A DNA stretch of 64,000 bases from Acidobacteriota bacterium. Its GTDB lineage: Bacteria; Acidobacteriota; UBA6911. Under the pieces are notes generated by a model. That model saw nothing but the letters and a program-made list of their open reading frames with translations, had not been told where the DNA came from and did no database searches. The translations under genes and the position numbers were made by a program. Below, piece after piece: positions 59,693 to 64,000 of the stretch; positions within the stretch are counted from its first letter, which is position 1; each line of letters starts with the position of its first letter. The stretch lies in the NCBI GenBank assembly GCA_963664705.1, contig OY761556.1, positions 3,968,001 through 4,032,000 on the forward strand, read 5' to 3'.

Positions 59693-60943
59693 ATGAAAAA
59701 CAAAAAGCTGTTCACAATTCTCTTCATTTTGTTGTTCCCCGGTATTTCGCGATCCGACAGCCAAAAGCCTGAAACCAATGTAAACGAGCGCTACGTGGTG
59801 GAAGGGATCGAATTCAGCGGCATTGCAGATACCGCCATCAGCAATGTCTTGCGCGATGATGCGCAAAAAATGGTGGGCGAAAAGTATAACGAAAAAACTG
59901 CCGACGAGATCACTGCGCGACTCCGAAGCGAACTGAGGCGATATACCGTCGACCTGAAGGTTGAACGCGGGGAGAAGCCCGATCACGTGAAAGTTGTGTT
60001 TTGCGTGGAGAAGATCCCTGCGCATTTCATCGGCGCCAATTTCCCGCTTCTCGTCTATCATTCCAAAGAAGGTTTTAGTGGAGATCTGCAGATCCCGATT
60101 GAAACGCATCATAACGTCTTCACCTTTGGATTCGTCAACGATGCGGACCGTTTGCTCGAGCGCGAGGCGGGATACCGATTTCGCTATGAACACCGAAAGG
60201 TCGGAACCGACGCGCTTCGTCTGCGGTTGGATTTCGACACCTACCACGAAAAATTCAACCGGGCCACGGAGTCAGCCCTGGCGCAAAGCCCCGATATCCC
60301 CGGGATCTACCGCGCACGCCAGAATTTTGCGCCGTCGTTTTCGTTTCATTCAAAACTCGGGCTGTCTCTGGCGGCGGGACTGAGTTTTCAGCGGCTTCAA
60401 TTTCAATACCCAGAGTTGCACACGCTGACGGCCTACTCCGCTACGGCGGATATTGCATACAGCCCTGCACTACCGGACCTTGGAGAATACCGACAGGACC
60501 TGTCGGTGGCCTATAGCCTTCGAAGTGCCACGCAGATACTGAACAGCGATCTGGTATATACACGTCACTCTTTTACGGGAGACTATACCATCGCCAACCG
60601 GAAACACCTCTTCGGAGCTCATTTCAGAGGCGGCTACGCAAACGGAAATGTGCCCCTGTTTGAGCGCTTCGTTTTCGGCAACAGTTCCACGCTGCGCGGG
60701 TGGAATAAGTTTGATGTGGCTCCGCTTGGCGGAACACGCGCCGCGCAAGGATCTCTGGAATACCGATACCGGCATTTCCAGACTTTTTATGATCTTGGCA
60801 CAGTGTGGGATTCCGGGCAGTTTTCAAAAGTCAGGCATGGATTTGGATTCGGCCTGGTATCGCGGCACATGTTCGTATCTCTCGCTTTCCCCATACGACT
60901 TCATGATGTTGCGCCGGTCTTTATGATCGGCTTCGGGAATTGA
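59693..60943 (+). CDS. Omp85 (BamA/TamA-like) outer membrane protein with a single POTRA-like domain
   Basis: Signal peptide from MKNKKLF; VEGIEFSG POTRA start; PLFERF..G..TLRGW loop-6 motif; SLEYRY and FYDLGTVW strands. Confidence 0.8.
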   Translation: MKNKKLFTILFILLFPGISRSDSQKPETNVNERYVVEGIEFSGIADTAISNVLRDDAQKMVGEKYNEKTADEITARLRSELRRYTVDLKVERGEKPDHVKVVFCVEKIPAHFIGANFPLLVYHSKEGFSGDLQIPIETHHNVFTFGFVNDADRLLEREAGYRFRYEHRKVGTDALRLRLDFDTYHEKFNRATESALAQSPDIPGIYRARQNFAPSFSFHSKLGLSLAAGLSFQRLQFQYPELHTLTAYSATADIAYSPALPDLGEYRQDLSVAYSLRSATQILNSDLVYTRHSFTGDYTIANRKHLFGAHFRGGYANGNVPLFERFVFGNSSTLRGWNKFDVAPLGGTRAAQGSLEYRYRHFQTFYDLGTVWDSGQFSKVRHGFGFGLVSRHMFVSLAFPIRLHDVAPVFMIGFGN

Positions 60944-61530
60944 GGGCCGCCATGCCAAACCGCCTGCGCCAATTCCTGTTGATTGCCCTTTTGGGAATCC
61001 TGTTTGCTGAAGCCGTGGCCCAGTCACCACTGATTAAGCCTGAGCGTAAGGGGGATTCCATCCATATAATTGCCCCTGGAGTACACTTCCTCACAGGCCA
61101 AGCGTTACAAAAACTGCAAAATGGATCCAGCGTTACCTACGCAATGACTCTGGCTGCATTTGCGGAAAATGCCAGGAAGCCGGTTACCATAACGAGGGAG
61201 ATATTCACTGTCAGCTATGATCTCTGGGAGGAAAAATACTCCGTGATGCAAAATCGATCCGGGCAATCCATTTCACGGCTTTCCATTCCGGCGGCTGAAT
61301 CCTGGTGTCTTGAAAATATCGCAATTCCTGTGCGGGCCATTCCGGAACGGCTTTCTTTAGTATTAAAGTTTGATTGTTCGGAGCAGGGCAGCAGTGAAAG
61401 TGCGGAAGCTCAGGAGCACTCTTCGCTGACGCTTGCCGGCTTAATTGATGTTTTCGGACGGAAAAAAGTTGATGCGCCCTTTCACATGGAAGCCGCCAGC
61501 GGATTGTTCCGGATAGCGGATTTCAGGTAA
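60940..61530 (+). CDS. Exported DUF4390-like protein
   Basis: Signal peptide; LQNGSSVTY and VSYDLWEEKYSV; position directly before the NtrY-like kinase. Confidence 0.55.
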   Translation: MRAAMPNRLRQFLLIALLGILFAEAVAQSPLIKPERKGDSIHIIAPGVHFLTGQALQKLQNGSSVTYAMTLAAFAENARKPVTITREIFTVSYDLWEEKYSVMQNRSGQSISRLSIPAAESWCLENIAIPVRAIPERLSLVLKFDCSEQGSSESAEAQEHSSLTLAGLIDVFGRKKVDAPFHMEAASGLFRIADFR

Positions 61531-61625
61531 TGGCTCTCATCTGTCGGCACTTCGGGTATCGTTCGAGCGCCAGAACAACGGCCGCGCGCTGATATGCTGA
61601 AGTGCTGACCTTTCAGCGGCTGGAT

Positions 61626-63005
61626 ATGCGAATCAAATTCATCCTTGTCTTTATTGCAGCGACACTTCTCCCGACCGCTGCCATTCTATGGATGAGTATC
61701 GCTCTGATCGAACACAGTCTCAGCTACATCGGGACAGACGACCTTGATCGCCTGTCCCGCTCCATGCAGGCAATTGCCCGAGAGTATTATCGCAGTTCGT
61801 GCGCGGATCTGAAAAGAGACGCCCAGGCAGGCCTCATCACAGGAAAGTCCATTAAGCCCGACAAATCCGCCGCTGTGGCTATACAGCGATTTTGGGAAAG
61901 CACTGACTCCGATCGGTGCGAACTATCCGGACGCGATGGAAGTCAAATAGACTATATGCTGAGGCGCGGAGCTCAGGTAATTGTATTCACTCGGCCCCTG
62001 AATGGCATCCGAATGGAGGTCCTGACCCATCAGTATCGGCAGGCGCGCATGCAAGTGGGAAACATGCAGCAGCGCGACTTGCGCAGAGGTCTGCTTTATA
62101 CATTGATTTCCCTTAGTGCTGCGGTGTGGATACTGGCACTTGCGGCCATCGTCTATCTTGCAAACAGAATCAGCCGGCCGATCACCGATCTGACGGCAGG
62201 ATTGCATCGGCTTGCTGGCGGAGATTTCGAAGCAAGGCTGCGCAGCAAGAGCACGGATGAAATCGGCCGGGCCATAGAAGCTTTCAACCACACAGCCGAA
62301 CAACTGCGCCGGAATCGAGACCGGCTCGTCTATTTGACTCAGATTGCAAGTTGGCAGACTTTGGCCAGGAAAATGGCGCATGAGCTGAAAAATTCGCTGA
62401 CACCCATTCGCCTTACCGTGGAGGAAATACTGGCCCGAACGCCGCCCGAAAATCGAGCATTCCAGGAAAAGGCCGCCCAGATCGTCATCGATGAGGTAGA
62501 AAGCCTGGAACGCAGAGTCCACGCGTTCTCCGCCTTCGCTTCCGAACCGCACCTCAACCCGAGCCAGATCGACCTCATGGCGCTGGTAAAAGAACGCATT
62601 CGTTTTCTGGAGGTCGGACATCCGGATGTGCACTATGAGCACATGGAGAAAAGCCCGCTGCCCACAGCATTTGTTGATGTCGATCAGGTAAAGGGAATTA
62701 TCACCAATCTTCTGGAAAACGCTGCAGAGGCCGCCGGATCCGATGGTATCGTACGCACGATTACCGACTCTGATCGTGGACGCCCTGTTATTGAAGTCCA
62801 TGATTCGGGCCCGGGAGTCAGCGAAGAGGCTCGTCATTCTCTGTTTGAGCCCTCGATCTCATTCAAGAAAAACGGCATGGGTCTGGGATTGTCCATCTCA
62901 CGCAAGAATGCCCTGCTGGCCGGAGGTGATCTGAGCTTGATCGATGGCATACTGGGAGGCGCCGGATTCCGGCTGGTGCTCCCGGCAGGAGGCGAAAAAA
63001 ATTGA
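61626..63005 (+). CDS. HAMP sensor histidine kinase (NtrY-like)
   Basis: Two TMs; HAMP DEIGRAIEAFN; H-box AHELKNSLTPI; NLLENA, DSGPG, GMGLGL. Confidence 0.93.
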   Translation: MRIKFILVFIAATLLPTAAILWMSIALIEHSLSYIGTDDLDRLSRSMQAIAREYYRSSCADLKRDAQAGLITGKSIKPDKSAAVAIQRFWESTDSDRCELSGRDGSQIDYMLRRGAQVIVFTRPLNGIRMEVLTHQYRQARMQVGNMQQRDLRRGLLYTLISLSAAVWILALAAIVYLANRISRPITDLTAGLHRLAGGDFEARLRSKSTDEIGRAIEAFNHTAEQLRRNRDRLVYLTQIASWQTLARKMAHELKNSLTPIRLTVEEILARTPPENRAFQEKAAQIVIDEVESLERRVHAFSAFASEPHLNPSQIDLMALVKERIRFLEVGHPDVHYEHMEKSPLPTAFVDVDQVKGIITNLLENAAEAAGSDGIVRTITDSDRGRPVIEVHDSGPGVSEEARHSLFEPSISFKKNGMGLGLSISRKNALLAGGDLSLIDGILGGAGFRLVLPAGGEKN

Positions 63006-64000
63006 CAGCCAGGAAAATCCTGATCGTGGATGATGAAGAGAACATCGGCTCTTCGCTGCGAATGGTTCTGGAAGGAGCCGGATATTCGGTACTGATATGC
63101 CGCACGGCCGCAGATTTTCATGCGCATCTGCACGATTTCTGGGCGGATGCTTATCTCCTGGATGTCAAATTGCCGGATGGCAACGGCATCGATCTGCTCC
63201 GCGCACTGCGACAGAACGGCAGACAATCTCCCGCAATCATGATCAGCGGACATGGAACTATCGCGGATGCGGTAAGCGCCACGCGGGCAGGTGCTTTTGA
63301 TTTTCTGGAAAAACCGCTCAGCCGCGACAGGCTTCTTCTTGCTCTCAAGAACGCGCTGGAACAGGATGCCCTGAAACAGGAAAATGCCCGATTGCGCGAA
63401 ATGATAGGAGAGGGGCCGCCGATGATCGGCGCCAGCCCCGCTTTCCGGCGGATTGTGGAACAGGCGGAGCAGGTCGCCCGTTCGGATGCCCGCGTTCTGT
63501 TGACGGGAGAATCGGGAACCGGCAAAGAACTGATAGCAGCCCATCTGCATCGCAGCAGTCCGTTTGCCTCCGGTCCATTCATCAAGGTAAACTGCGCCGC
63601 CATTCCTGTTGATCTGCTGGAAAGCGAACTGTTCGGCCATGAGAAAGGCGCTTTTACGGGAGCGACCACCAGCAGGCGCGGCAAGTTCGAACTGGCCGAC
63701 GGCGGTTCCATTTTTCTGGATGAGGTAGCGGACCTGCACGAGACATCCCAAGCCAAGCTGCTTCGCGTTCTTCAGGAAGGAGAATTCCAGCGTGTTGGCG
63801 GTGGCCAGACCCTAACGGTCAGCGTACGAGTCATTTCCGCGACCAACAGAGATCTCGCGGTGCTTGTAAAGAGCAACAGATTCAGAGAAGACCTCTATTA
63901 CCGCCTGAGCGTAGTCCCAATGCGTATTCCTCCTTTGCGGGAACGGATGGAGGACGTACGGCCCCTGGCTGAATTTTTTCTGGAGGATTTCTGCAGACGC
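63002..64000 (+). CDS. sigma54-dependent response regulator (NtrC/NtrX-like), 3' truncated; absent from the ORF track
   Basis: TTG at 63002 reads MTARKILIVDDEE; LLDVKLPD, GESGTGKE, ESELFGHEKGAFTGA, FLDEV, FREDLYYRL. Confidence 0.95.
   Translation, partial: MTARKILIVDDEENIGSSLRMVLEGAGYSVLICRTAADFHAHLHDFWADAYLLDVKLPDGNGIDLLRALRQNGRQSPAIMISGHGTIADAVSATRAGAFDFLEKPLSRDRLLLALKNALEQDALKQENARLREMIGEGPPMIGASPAFRRIVEQAEQVARSDARVLLTGESGTGKELIAAHLHRSSPFASGPFIKVNCAAIPVDLLESELFGHEKGAFTGATTSRRGKFELADGGSIFLDEVADLHETSQAKLLRVLQEGEFQRVGGGQTLTVSVRVISATNRDLAVLVKSNRFREDLYYRLSVVPMRIPPLRERMEDVRPLAEFFLEDFCRR

Overview
Bacterial chromosomal core-genome segment, gene-dense (about 55 CDS), with no rRNA, tRNA, CRISPR array or intact mobile element seen. 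The mix of TolC, BamA-like and beta-barrel proteins with hrcA, trmFO and a class D sortase points to a diderm, plausibly Acidobacteriota (inference). Content in order: TetR-TolC-HlyD-ABC efflux operon; CDF transporter; degP-hrcA-grpE-dnaK-dnaJ-rsmE; GIY-YIG fusion; uvrA-queE-radical SAM; OPT transporter; MgtC/DUF4010; trmFO-xerC-polA followed by an ECF sigma/anti-sigma/PDZ/M48 cluster; MFS; PhzF; sortase; tesA/ybbAP; a four-gene type IV minor pilin cluster; a triple-SnoaL protein; a REC-like-MetF-MetV fusion; c-di-GMP enzymes; and a BamA-like/DUF4390-like/NtrY/NtrX-like operon. The strongest hidden signal is at 27147-28931. Two ORF-track ORFs there are one reading frame interrupted by a single TGA in a U-S-S-C context, followed directly by a SECIS-like hairpin. 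This predicts a 594-aa exported UGSC-family selenoprotein with a closely coupled exported partner gene. Other signals: matching ECF-type promoters before the sigma gene and degP, a catalytically dead HtrA-like protein behind the anti-sigma, a sigma54 promoter before the BamA-like/two-component operon, several apparently leaderless genes, dispersed 7-bp intergenic repeats, and a frameshifted REC remnant before the HD-GYP gene.
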